A DNA stretch of 64,000 bases, taken from positions 106,772 to 170,771 of the forward strand of contig JBPCJC010000046.1 in the NCBI GenBank assembly GCA_051005695.1, in the 5' to 3' direction. Positions 1 through 9,500 of this stretch are shown here, piece by piece. This DNA comes from Chthoniobacterales bacterium (GTDB lineage: Bacteria; Verrucomicrobiota; Verrucomicrobiia; Chthoniobacterales; UBA10450). Each line of letters begins with the position of its first letter. Within the stretch, counting starts at the first letter, position 1. Position numbers and translations under genes: made by a program. Below the pieces are notes generated by a model that had not been told where the DNA came from, searched no databases, and worked only from the letters and a program-made list of their open reading frames with translations.

Positions 1-2855
1 GTCAGACCCAGCTCCTGGTGGGCGCAGCCGGCACAGGTTTACTCGCCGGCATTGATTCGACGACGGTGACCGGAACTACTCCCATCTACACGCTCGTAGG
101 CCACGCTTCCTGCACCTGCTCCGCCCCTACTCCTACTCCCACTCCAACGCCCACCCCGGGAGGCGTTGCGGCCGCACCGCGCTTTCAGAATTACAATCCC
201 CCACCGACTAACTCCTTCAATGGCGGCGAACCCTCGATCGGAGTGAACTGGCTCACCGGGAACGTAATGTATCTGGCGTCATTCGCGGCCATTCGCGTGG
301 CCTTCGATGACTGCTCCTCTCCCGCCAGGGACACTTGGACGAACACCAATGCGCCTGCCGCCGTTTCTCTCGATCCAGTTCTCTTCACCGATCACATGAA
401 TACGGCGCACCGCACCTTCGTCTCGCAGCTGACCGGGCAGGACAGCATTACCTTCTTTACTGATGATGATGGCGTGAACTACCTGCCGAGTCAAGGCGGC
501 GGTATTCCTTCGGGCGTTGATCACCAAACCATCGGTGCCGGTCCCTATCACACCCCACTTGTAGCTACCCCGGTTTATCCGAATGCGGTTTATTACTGCT
601 CTCAGGATGTCGCGGCATCGTTTTGCGCGCGCAGCGATGATGGAGGCGTGACCTTCGGCGCTGGGACGCCTATTTATACCGCAGCGCAGTGCACGGGCAT
701 TCACGGGCACGTCAAGGTAGCGCCCGACGGAACTGCCTATGTGCCGAATCGTAGCTGCGGCGGGCTCGCGGCAGTTACCGTCTCGAAGGACAACGGAATT
801 ACCTGGGCCGTTAAAGCAATCCCGACCAGCAGCACGACGGGCTTTCTGGTGGATCCCTCCGTTGGTATTGGAACTAACAACGTTGGCAAACCAGGCGGCC
901 AGAGTAGTAACACTATTTACCTTGGCTACCAGGCCTCCAATAGTCTTCCGAAGGTAGCCGTTTCCCGTAATCAAGGTGACACCTGGACGAACGACCAGGA
1001 AGTGGGCGCAGAGTTCGGGATTAAGAATGCCACCTTCCCGGAACTGGTCGCGGGCGACGACAACCGCGCCGCCTACGCCTTCTTTGGCACCACCGTTGCA
1101 GGCAACTATACGAGCCAGGCAAGCTTCCCCCCCAGCGCGCCCTGGCATCTCTACGTCGCAACAACTTTTGATGGCGGCGTGAGTTGGAATACCGTTGACG
1201 CCACCCCGAACGATCCGGTGCAGCGCGGCTCGATCTGTAACCTCGGGACGACCTCCTGCATGAATACGCCTAACGACCGCAACCTGCTCGACTTTATGGA
1301 CGCGACGGTTGATGCCGTAGGACGGACGCTGGTGGGCTATCCCGATGGCTGTGTCGGACCTTGCGTGAATGGGACGGTTAACTCCTACACCGCGCTCGCT
1401 TCGATCGCGCGCCAATCGGGAGGCAAACGTCTCTTTGTCGCAAACGATCCGAACCCGTCCGAGCCGGTCGCTCCGGCTCCGCCGCGAGTGGATGGCGTGG
1501 TTAAGGACGGCACCGGGATCGTTCACGTCACCTGGTCGGCGCCGGATAACGGCGGCTCACCGATCGCGAGCTATAACGTTTTCCGCCGCACAAACCCCGG
1601 AACGTATGGCGCACCGCTGGCCACCGTTCCCGCAGGAACCACTAACTACGACGACGCGACGACCGATCCGACCACATCCTACTTCTATAAGGTGACGGCC
1701 ATTAATATGATCGGCGAAAGCGTAAACTGCCTCGAATTTCCGATCACCGCTCCGCCTCCCACTAACCCCTGCGTCGGGACAGGATTCCTCGTTGATGCGG
1801 ACCCGACAGGCGATCAGACGCTCGCGCCGATGAACAGTGATCTCGATATCCAAGCGGTCTTGATCGCTGAGCCCGCGCAAAGCGACAACATCAACCGCCT
1901 TGTCTTCACCATGAAGGTCGCGGATCTCAGCACGATTCCTGCGAACCGGCAGTATCGCATCGTCTGGACGCCGCCTACTCCGCCGGCCATGGCGGGGACC
2001 GACCGTTATTACGTCGGGATGAATACAAACACCGGCGGTGCCTCCTCGGTCACCTACGAGTACGGGGTAGTTACATCGAGTGGCAACGTGCCGATTATGC
2101 AGGGCACGCCCGACGCGGGTTCAGTCGATCCCTCGGGCGTAATCCAGATCGCGATCGCTAACGACAAGGTAGGCAACCCGGGCGCGGGCGCCACATTCAC
2201 GCTCCTCAGCGGCAGAAACTTCGCTGGCAATGGCGACGGTACCATTACCAAGACCTCCGCGATCGATTCGACCGCGGATGGTAGTTATACGCTTGTCGGC
2301 AACAGTGCGTGCGCAGTTGCGCCGCAGATTGCAACTGCCGTCTCCCGCAAGACCCACGGCACAGGCCCGGCCTTCGACATTCAACTTCTTCCGCCTGATA
2401 GCGGCGGTGGGGTGGAATGCCGCCAGGCGGGAGCGAACGGCGGATATCAGGTGGTGGTCACGTTCACCGCCCCTGCGACCTTTACCGGGGCCAGCGCCAC
2501 GAACGGCGCTAGTGCGACTACCACTCCTCCTCCCGGCGGACCAGCGACGAGCGCCATAACGATCGACCTAACGAACGTTCCAAACGCACAAACCACCATG
2601 GTAACTCTTACTGGTGTGCAGGCCGGCGGTTCCACGGCGGATGTCACAATTCCCCTGGCGGTCCTCTTGGGAGACGTCAATGGCACTAAACTCGTTGATG
2701 GCAACGATGTTTCGACCGTGCAAAGTCAAACGCGTCAACCTGTCGACGAAAGTAACTTCCGGAATGACGTGAACTTGACCGGCTTAATCGATGGGAACGA
2801 TGTCGCAGTGACCCAGGGTCAAACCAGAACCTCCCTTCCAGCACCAAACAAATAA
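1..2855 (+). CDS. Secreted BNR/Asp-box (sialidase-like beta-propeller) protein with an FN3 domain and a C-terminal SRKTHG + dockerin-like module. It is 5'-partial: the frame is open to the window edge.
   Basis: ORF 18..2855 has no upstream stop before position 1 and no signal peptide, so the N-terminus lies outside the window. Asp-box motifs: SDDGGVTF, SKDNGITW, SRNQGDTW, TFDGGVSW. FN3-like stretch: VTWSAPDNGGSPIASYNVFRR...YFYKVTAIN. C-terminus AVSRKTHG...GDVNGTKLVDGNDVSTVQ...NDVNLTGLIDGNDVAVTQ resembles paired dockerin/EF-hand Ca loops. It is a paralog of 6585..9992. Confidence 0.75.
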   Translation, partial: QTQLLVGAAGTGLLAGIDSTTVTGTTPIYTLVGHASCTCSAPTPTPTPTPTPGGVAAAPRFQNYNPPPTNSFNGGEPSIGVNWLTGNVMYLASFAAIRVAFDDCSSPARDTWTNTNAPAAVSLDPVLFTDHMNTAHRTFVSQLTGQDSITFFTDDDGVNYLPSQGGGIPSGVDHQTIGAGPYHTPLVATPVYPNAVYYCSQDVAASFCARSDDGGVTFGAGTPIYTAAQCTGIHGHVKVAPDGTAYVPNRSCGGLAAVTVSKDNGITWAVKAIPTSSTTGFLVDPSVGIGTNNVGKPGGQSSNTIYLGYQASNSLPKVAVSRNQGDTWTNDQEVGAEFGIKNATFPELVAGDDNRAAYAFFGTTVAGNYTSQASFPPSAPWHLYVATTFDGGVSWNTVDATPNDPVQRGSICNLGTTSCMNTPNDRNLLDFMDATVDAVGRTLVGYPDGCVGPCVNGTVNSYTALASIARQSGGKRLFVANDPNPSEPVAPAPPRVDGVVKDGTGIVHVTWSAPDNGGSPIASYNVFRRTNPGTYGAPLATVPAGTTNYDDATTDPTTSYFYKVTAINMIGESVNCLEFPITAPPPTNPCVGTGFLVDADPTGDQTLAPMNSDLDIQAVLIAEPAQSDNINRLVFTMKVADLSTIPANRQYRIVWTPPTPPAMAGTDRYYVGMNTNTGGASSVTYEYGVVTSSGNVPIMQGTPDAGSVDPSGVIQIAIANDKVGNPGAGATFTLLSGRNFAGNGDGTITKTSAIDSTADGSYTLVGNSACAVAPQIATAVSRKTHGTGPAFDIQLLPPDSGGGVECRQAGANGGYQVVVTFTAPATFTGASATNGASATTTPPPGGPATSAITIDLTNVPNAQTTMVTLTGVQAGGSTADVTIPLAVLLGDVNGTKLVDGNDVSTVQSQTRQPVDESNFRNDVNLTGLIDGNDVAVTQGQTRTSLPAPNK

Positions 2856-2979
2856 CGGAGAACATGCCCCGGCTCTGGAGAGGACAGATAAGCGCCGCTC
2901 AAGCCACGGGCCCATCGTCCCGTTGTTCAGTCTCATTTAAAGCGTAACCCCCAAAAACAATGATCAAGGGACACAATCG

Positions 2980-3120
2980 CATGATGTCTCACTCGTTCAG
3001 GGCAAGACACGCCAGCCCGTTAATGATGGCCACTTCAAGCTCGACGTGAATGTAACCGGCCTGATCGATGGCAACGATGTTTTACCCGTCCAAGGCCAGA
3101 CACGAACCTCGATCCCTCCA
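2980..3120 (+). pseudogene. Orphan 3' fragment of a dockerin-like C-terminal cassette, with no start codon and no upstream domains.
   Basis: Frame-1 translation gives HDVSLVQGKTRQPVNDGHFKLDVNVTGLIDGNDVLPVQGQTRTSIPP. This aligns with the last ~45 aa of the genes ending at 2855, 5725 and 9992. An in-frame TAA lies at 2938..2940 and there is no plausible start codon. Confidence 0.6.
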
Positions 3121-3361
3121 ACTCAGACGCAGAAGTCTCGGACGCGAAAGGCTCTTCCCGCGCAAAAAAGGCCGCGATGGCCGAAAAGAGTATCCAATAG
3201 ATGTTCCGGTTTGTTCCAATCGTGACCTGGAACAAACTCGCTCTGGAAACAGGGCGCGTCTTTTCTTTGGTGCCGGCCTTAAACGGCTGAAACCCCTCCT
3301 CAATCCGATTCATTCTTACTAAGAGAAAATCGCCGCTTGCAACTTCACCTAGGAAGAAATC

Positions 3362-5725
3362 ATGAGAAAACCCGCTGTTCTGTCTGGCTTCTTCAGTGTT
3401 CGCATGATCGTCGGCCTCATGCTAGGCGTCACCGGAACTTATCTGGCTTTGATGACATTCGCCGCCAATCCTACTTCCGGCACCATCACAACGTCTTCGA
3501 CGCCCGTCGCGTGGGACGGAACAGCCGCGGCCGGCGCCTCTGCGACGGGCGAGATGACTTGTGTCGAGCAGATGGGTGTGCAGGTGAATTGCGATACCTA
3601 CACCCTTACCGTGATCGGCACGGCGGCGGATTGGGCCGGAAAGCAGATCAATGTGACAATCTCGTGGGTTGTTCTGGCCAGCGATTACGACCTTTACGTG
3701 CACAAAGGCAGCAACGCTGGTCCGCTCATTGGCAAGTCAACCGGCAGCGCTCCCGGAACGAATGAAATGGTCGCAATTCAACCCGCAGATCTTGATGCGA
3801 GCGGCAGCACAGTCTTCACCGCGCATGTTGTCTATTCCGCGGCGGCAGCGGGCGACCAATATCATGGCACCGCCAGCGTAGCGACAACGGCGGGAGGTCC
3901 AACACCGACGCCTGTGCCAGTCACGAAATCGAAAAACTGGACGATCAACTATCATGGCGAATGCTGCGAAGGAAACCTCGCCGCAGCCGGCGAAAATACT
4001 TACTTGCTTCTGCCTGTCTTGGTCCAGGGCAACAAGATCAAGAAGAGCAGCGATGGCGGGAAGACCTGGAGACAAACCTATCCGCCGGCGCCTATTTCCT
4101 TCCCGTTTGGAATTGAAGGTGACATGCAGGCCTTCGGTGACGACGCGATTTTCTTCGGGACCGAACTCGCTGACGCGGTCGTCGCACATAGTGATGACAA
4201 GGGCGAGACGTGGACGACGGTCCAGAATCCGATCGCCTCCGCCGGCAACGACCAGGCGTGGGCCTATCTCGGGCCTTTCGGCAACATGCGACCAGGTGGC
4301 GCGCTACCACTCGATGAGCCTTATGTGATGGCCGGTTGGATGCGCATCGGCACCTCCCTCAATTTTAGTTTCGATGGCGGACGCACCTTTAGTTTTCAGT
4401 CAGTGCTGGTCGGAAATGACGGCAGTGGACCGGACCACGTCGTCTGTCGTCAGAACGCAGTCGATCCTCCGAATCCCGATCCCGGCGACACGCGGATCGC
4501 GAATCAGCTTTTTGCAAATCAAAAGGCCGGGCGGTATGGCGCCTGGGGTACGGATGGCAAATTCTATTGGTCCGAAACCGCGGGGGGGAACACGCTCTAC
4601 ACCTGCCAGACAAATGACTTCGGAGTGAATTGGACAGGCAACAAGCATGCGCTCTCGCCCGGCCCCGGATCAGACTTTGTCGTGACGCACAGCGCCTTCG
4701 ATAACAACGGCACGCTCTATGTCCTGCACGGCAACAAGCTCTAGGTCAGCTTCAATCAAGGGAGAACGTTCGCCTTCACGCACACCTTGCCGCGCTACGG
4801 CAGCGCGCGGAAATCAGACCCGGGTTCAGATCAATACTTCGTGGTCAATTGCGGCACCATCCACATCGGACTACAGGAGGACGCCGGCAACGGTAATGAG
4901 CGCATCTTTTATCTGCGCGGCACGCGCGTCGACACGGCCAACCCGACTTGGGACACGGAGTTGGTAGATGAGATTGGTGATGTGCGGCTCGACTTCCTCT
5001 ACATCGTGCTCAATGGAAACAACATTCCAACCATCAGCTACACCACGCCGGGAACTGGTAAGCAGGTAACAACCGCGAGTCGCAATGCGCCGATGCCTGC
5101 CTTGGGTAGTTCTACCTGCGGGCTCGTTTCGGTAAAGGCGGTATCGCGAAAAACCCACGCTCCGAATATATCATTCGATGTTCCTCTTCCCCTGGATGGT
5201 CCTCCTGGCATCGAATGCCGGATCGGCGACGGCACCACTGGTAACAAGCATCACGTCGTCGTGAGCTTCGGTGCGGCGCCCAGTTATGGCGGTGTCCTCG
5301 TCACACCTGCCCCGGGAAAAACTGCTGGTTTGGATGGCTCACCAACGCTGAACGCCGCGACCAATGAAATCACGATTAATCTCACGAACGTCAGCGACAA
5401 CCAGATCGTAAACGTAACCTTGCAAGGAGTTTCCGCTGCCGGTGGCACACCGACGGACCTCGTTATTCCGATAAATATCCTGCTAGGAGATGTCGACGCC
5501 ACCCAACTCGTCGATGGGAACGATGTGTCGGCCGTGCAGGGGAAGACGCGTCAGGATCTCGATCAGACTAACTTCAGAATGGATGTCGACTTGACGGGGC
5601 TAATCGACGGTAATGATGTATCACTAACCCAAACCCACACCCGCGGCTCACTTCCCACCCAACGTCGAATTAGTCCGCGCCGGAACGCACCCGTCTCCAC
5701 TCCGGATCGCCACCACTCCCCATGA
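3362..5725 (+). pseudogene. Secreted PPC-like + BNR/Asp-box + SRKTHG/dockerin-like protein, interrupted by a single in-frame TAG at 4742..4744.
   Basis: ORFs 3362..4744 and 4787..5725 are in the same frame. The 14 codons between the TAG and the TTG are sense codons (VSFNQGRTFAFTHT) and form an Asp-box-like motif. N-terminal signal/TM: MRKPAVLSGFFSVRMIVGLMLGV. Asp-boxes: SSDGGKTW, SDDKGETW, FDGGRTF. The C-terminal module AVSRKTHA...GDVDATQLVDGNDVSAVQ...LTGLIDGNDVSLTQ is present only in the downstream half. Confidence 0.7.
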
Positions 5726-5835
5726 TCAGGGATCCCCTCGAAAGAAAGCGGATGGTTGCCTCCCCACTACGGTCGGCCAGAGGAGCTCGGGCCGATAGGT
5801 CTTACTAATCGTTGTCGCGGTCTATCGATTCACTT

Positions 5836-6426
5836 ATGCGGCTCTGTTCTCTTCTCTTTCTTTGCTTCCTCCTTCCTGCTTCTTGCAAGAAGAGGGACGA
5901 TGTCGTTGCTTTGCCCCCGCAGGCCCCAAAGGAAGTAGCGCGGGCCAGGATTGAAGCCTGCGCCCTAGTTACCGCCGCGGAGGTTGCGGAAATTCAGGGA
6001 AGTGAGGTCACCGATACCAAAAGCTCCGAGAACGCTGATGATAAGCTGCTGGTTTCACAGTGCTATTATAGTGCAGCCGAATCGAGCAAATCGGTCAGCT
6101 TTGCTCTGACGCAGAATGGCTCGCGCGCGGTCAAGAACGAGGTAGGCAATTTTTGGAAACGGAACTTCGGCCAGCTAAAGGACGGGAATGCGGGGGAAAA
6201 GGAAAGAGAAGGCGAAGCCGGCGAAGAGAACGAGCAAGGCCACCCTCCGCAAAAGATCGGTAACCTGGGCGAAGAAGCATACTGGGCAGTTAATCGCTTC
6301 GGCGGCGCGCTTTACGTTTTAAAGAAGGATCTCATCCTTCGAATCAGTGTGGGTGGCCCGGGTGCTCCCGAAGCCAAGCTCGCGCGGTCCCGAGCGCTCG
6401 CCGCGAAAGCGCTAAGCCGGCTCTAG
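5836..6426 (+). CDS. Hypothetical lipoprotein (start uncertain; the ORF opens at 5812).
   Basis: MRLCSLLFLCFLLPASC resembles a lipoprotein signal peptide with a Cys after A-S. An acidic, low-complexity stretch GNAGEKEREGEAGEENEQG is present. No recognisable catalytic motif. Confidence 0.45.
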   Translation: MRLCSLLFLCFLLPASCKKRDDVVALPPQAPKEVARARIEACALVTAAEVAEIQGSEVTDTKSSENADDKLLVSQCYYSAAESSKSVSFALTQNGSRAVKNEVGNFWKRNFGQLKDGNAGEKEREGEAGEENEQGHPPQKIGNLGEEAYWAVNRFGGALYVLKKDLILRISVGGPGAPEAKLARSRALAAKALSRL

Positions 6427-6584
6427 GCGAAGGCCGGGCGAATACGCGCCGCCGCTACGCACGAATAAGGTGGATCCTGCCGCGGGCCTCCGCTGCGGAC
6501 ATTACAAGAATGTAATTGGAAAGCCCTCGCGTGAGGACTCAGATGTTCGTAGCCTCCTTTTCGCGTCCACCGAAGCGTTAATCT

Positions 6585-9500
6585 ATGAAAAAAGTCCCAG
6601 TCACAAACTCTGCCCGGATCACTCTCGCCGCCCTCCTCATGCTGGCAGGCATAGGCTTGTTCTGCGCTATCCCGCTGATCAAAACCGCGCGCGCGCAGGT
6701 TCCGACTTCCGGGGTGATTAACCCTACCGATGTTACGCCCCAGGCATGGAACGGCACAAGTCTAGGCGTAGGAGCTGCGATGGAGAGTGCCTGCGTGGAT
6801 GCACCTCCCGCGGTTCCGCCCGCGAATAATTGCGAGAACTATATGTTAACTCTCACCGGTCAACCATCCGATTGGGCGGGGAAGAAGGTAAAGGTCGAGC
6901 TTACTTGGATGGATAGTAACGTTACCGAGTACGACATCTACATCCATAACTCTCAAAACGCTGTCATTACCTCCTCCATGCAAGGACCTGGACTCTCTAA
7001 TCAGGTCGCCTTCATCGATCCGGCCTCGGCCGGCACTGGAGTTTTTCGCATTCACGTCGCTCGTGCGACGGCTCTCAACCCAGCGACCGATCCTTATCAT
7101 GGCACGGCCAGTGTCGTTTCTACTACAGGCGGGGGTGGGACACCGACAGCTACCCCGGTGCCCGCACCGCTGGATACTGTTGGCAAGGTTGGTTATGAGA
7201 ACTTCGAAGCACCCGGCGTTATAACTCCCGTGGTCGTGACTAGCTCTGGTGGTGCGACGGTCGAGTACCTGGGACGCGGAGCAGGCGAGCCATCGCTCGG
7301 TGTAAACTGGGTTTCGACGTCACCTTCTGCGGGTGGAATGGTTAACTTCCAGTCCGACTTAGAGACGCTTTTCATCTCGTTCGATGAATCAAATTCACCG
7401 ACTACTCCCAAGGCGACTTGGGTGAATCGCCGTGCACCTAGCTCGTCCGCGGTCGATTCCGATCCGATTGGTTTTACCGATCATCAAACCGGGCGCGTCT
7501 TTGCTTCTGAGCTAACTCTGTTAAGTCCGGATACCTCGAAGATTTCTTTTAGTGATGATGACGGCGTGAACTGGACCTTCGATCCACAAGCACAAGGTCC
7601 GGCCTCCGCGGTTGATCACCAGACGATCGGCGGTGGACCTTACCATGCGCCTTTATTTGCTCCGCCTCCTCCGTTGTATCCGAACGCGGTTTACTATTGC
7701 TCGCAGGATATCGCCGCTGCCTTCTGCACCCGCAGCGATAATGGCGGGACCGCCTTTACCGGGACCCAGACGCCACTCTACACAGTTAATCAGTGCGGTG
7801 GGTTGCACGGGCACGTCAAGGTGGCGCCGGACGGGACGGTTTACGTTCCGAATCGGGCGTGCGGCGGCAACAGCGCAGTCGTGGTCTCGACCAATAACGG
7901 GATTAGCTGGACGGTACGCCCGATTACGAACGGATCGGTCCCAGCTACCCCGGCGTCGGACGATCCTGCTACAGCAATCGATGCCAGCGGAAGAGTTTAT
8001 ACCCTTCTCTCCTTCAATGGGACGCAGGCGGCCGTCGCCGTCTCCACAGATCAAGGTGCGACCTGGAAGAATATTTATGACCTAAGCAGTGCTCTCGGAG
8101 TTAAGAACGTCGCGTTCCCAGCGGCAGTCGCCGGAGATGCGGGCCGCGCCGCGGTCGCGTTCTACGGCACCGTCACCGGCACCGGTGATTCCAGCGCAAA
8201 TAACTTCACCGGAGTCTGGCATCTGTATGTATCGCAAACTTTCGATGGCGGCGCTCGTTGGACCACCACCGATGTAACCCCGAATTTACCGATGCAGCGT
8301 ATGGGACTTTTGCGCGGCGGTGGCGGCCCACTTCAACGCAATCTGCTCGACTTCTTTGATATTCAGTATGACCGCGATGGGCGCGTTGTGGTCGGCTACG
8401 TGAACGGATGCTCAGGGGGGCCGTGCTCTCAAGCGCCGATTGCGGGGGACGGATCCACCCCTGTTGTTGGAAATACTTATTCCGCCACCGCCTCCATCGC
8501 GCGCCAATCAAGCGGTCGCCGTCTCCTGGCGGCCAACGACCCTGCTTCCACCACCTCTGTTCCCGGGATTCCTTTTGCCACAGAAGTGCGAATCGGGAAC
8601 ACCGTCCGCCTCGCTTGGAACGAAGCAGACACTGGCAACCTGCCACTTACCGGATACCAAATCCTGCGAGGGACGACCAGTGGTGGTGAATCGTTGCTGA
8701 TCGACAATCTCCCAGGCACGACAACCAGTTACACTGACATGACGGCCACCGACCCGACCAAGACTTACTACTACCAGGTGGTGGCAAAGAACAGCGCGGG
8801 AAATTCTCCGGCCAGGAATGAAATTGCCGCGCCGTATATCGGAGACACTTGTTCCGGCCTGATCATTCACCGAAATCTTCCGAGCCATCCCGAAAGCACA
8901 GGCGGCAGCGCGAGCCAACCGCCACTGCCACAGCTTTTGATCGATTACATCGCGGCAGGAGAGCCGCCCAGTAAGCCAGGCCAGTTCATGTTCAAGATGA
9001 AGGTGGGCAATCTCACTACCGTCCCGCCCGACAGCAGATGGCGCGTGGTCTGGGATTACATCGGGTCTGCCGCTAATCCGAATCCGGACGAGCAATTTTA
9101 CGTGGGCATGACGAGCAGTAGTTCGAATCCGCCAGTGGTGACCTTCGAATATGGAACTGTCTCTACGCTTTCGGCAGTTATCATCGGAGTTCCGACGGAA
9201 AATCCAAAGGGAACAGCTGATGCCGCGAGCAACTTCAATGCTGACGGAACCATCACGATCTTCGTGCCGAAAACGGGTGTGGGTTCTCCTGGGCTTGGCG
9301 ATCTACTTGGCGCGGTGAACGGACGGACGTTTAACTCTCCCGGCACTGCGGAACGTTCGACACTTCTAATCGATCATACTTTCGTCAAGGGCGGTACCGA
9401 TAACAGCTTTCCTCCCGCGACCTACACTGTGTCCGGCAATAACTCTTGCTCAGCCAACGCCTTGGTCCCCGTGGGCGCGGTCTCCCGCAAGACTCACGGA

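Noticed and set aside
124-160. The repetitive cctactcctactcccactccaacgcccacccc (PTPTPTPTPTP) stretch.
   Set aside because: It is a Pro/Thr interdomain linker in a secreted protein (a similar TPTATPVP linker occurs in the 6585 paralog). It is neither a regulatory tandem repeat nor a CRISPR-like element.
279-1526. 415-aa minus-strand ORF antisense to the first BNR gene. Similar long shadow ORFs occur at 14418..15797(-), 30544..31542(-), 31374..32258(+), 38582..39505(+), 41414..42421(+), 50600..51427(+), 51651..52649(+), 24816..25490(+), 26177..26962(+), 12059..12691(-) and 12731..13462(-).
   Set aside because: These are Arg/Ala/Gly/Pro-rich translations with no recognisable motifs. They fully overlap genes with strong family signatures on the opposite strand or in another frame, which is typical of stop-poor antisense frames in GC-rich DNA.
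2151-2158. Frequent GCGATCGC (HIP1-like) palindromes and CGATCG cores, for example near 2151, 11544, 15952, 16804, 17996, 19532, 20512, 25472, 26802, 35454, 37173 and 41172.
   Set aside because: Enrichment is modest, at most a few-fold by rough estimate. It is plausibly a by-product of preferred codons (GCG-ATC-GCG, CGC-GAT-CGC) in a GC-rich genome. Unlike the 10-mer, it needs no rare codons. A codon-shuffled null model is required before calling it a signal.
4742-4744. The in-frame TAG as programmed recoding (pyrrolysine or another non-canonical amino acid).
   Set aside because: It is a single occurrence, no pyl-type genes or recoding structures are visible in the window, and other genes here terminate at TAG normally (for example 37647..37649). 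A nonsense mutation or a sequencing error is more parsimonious.
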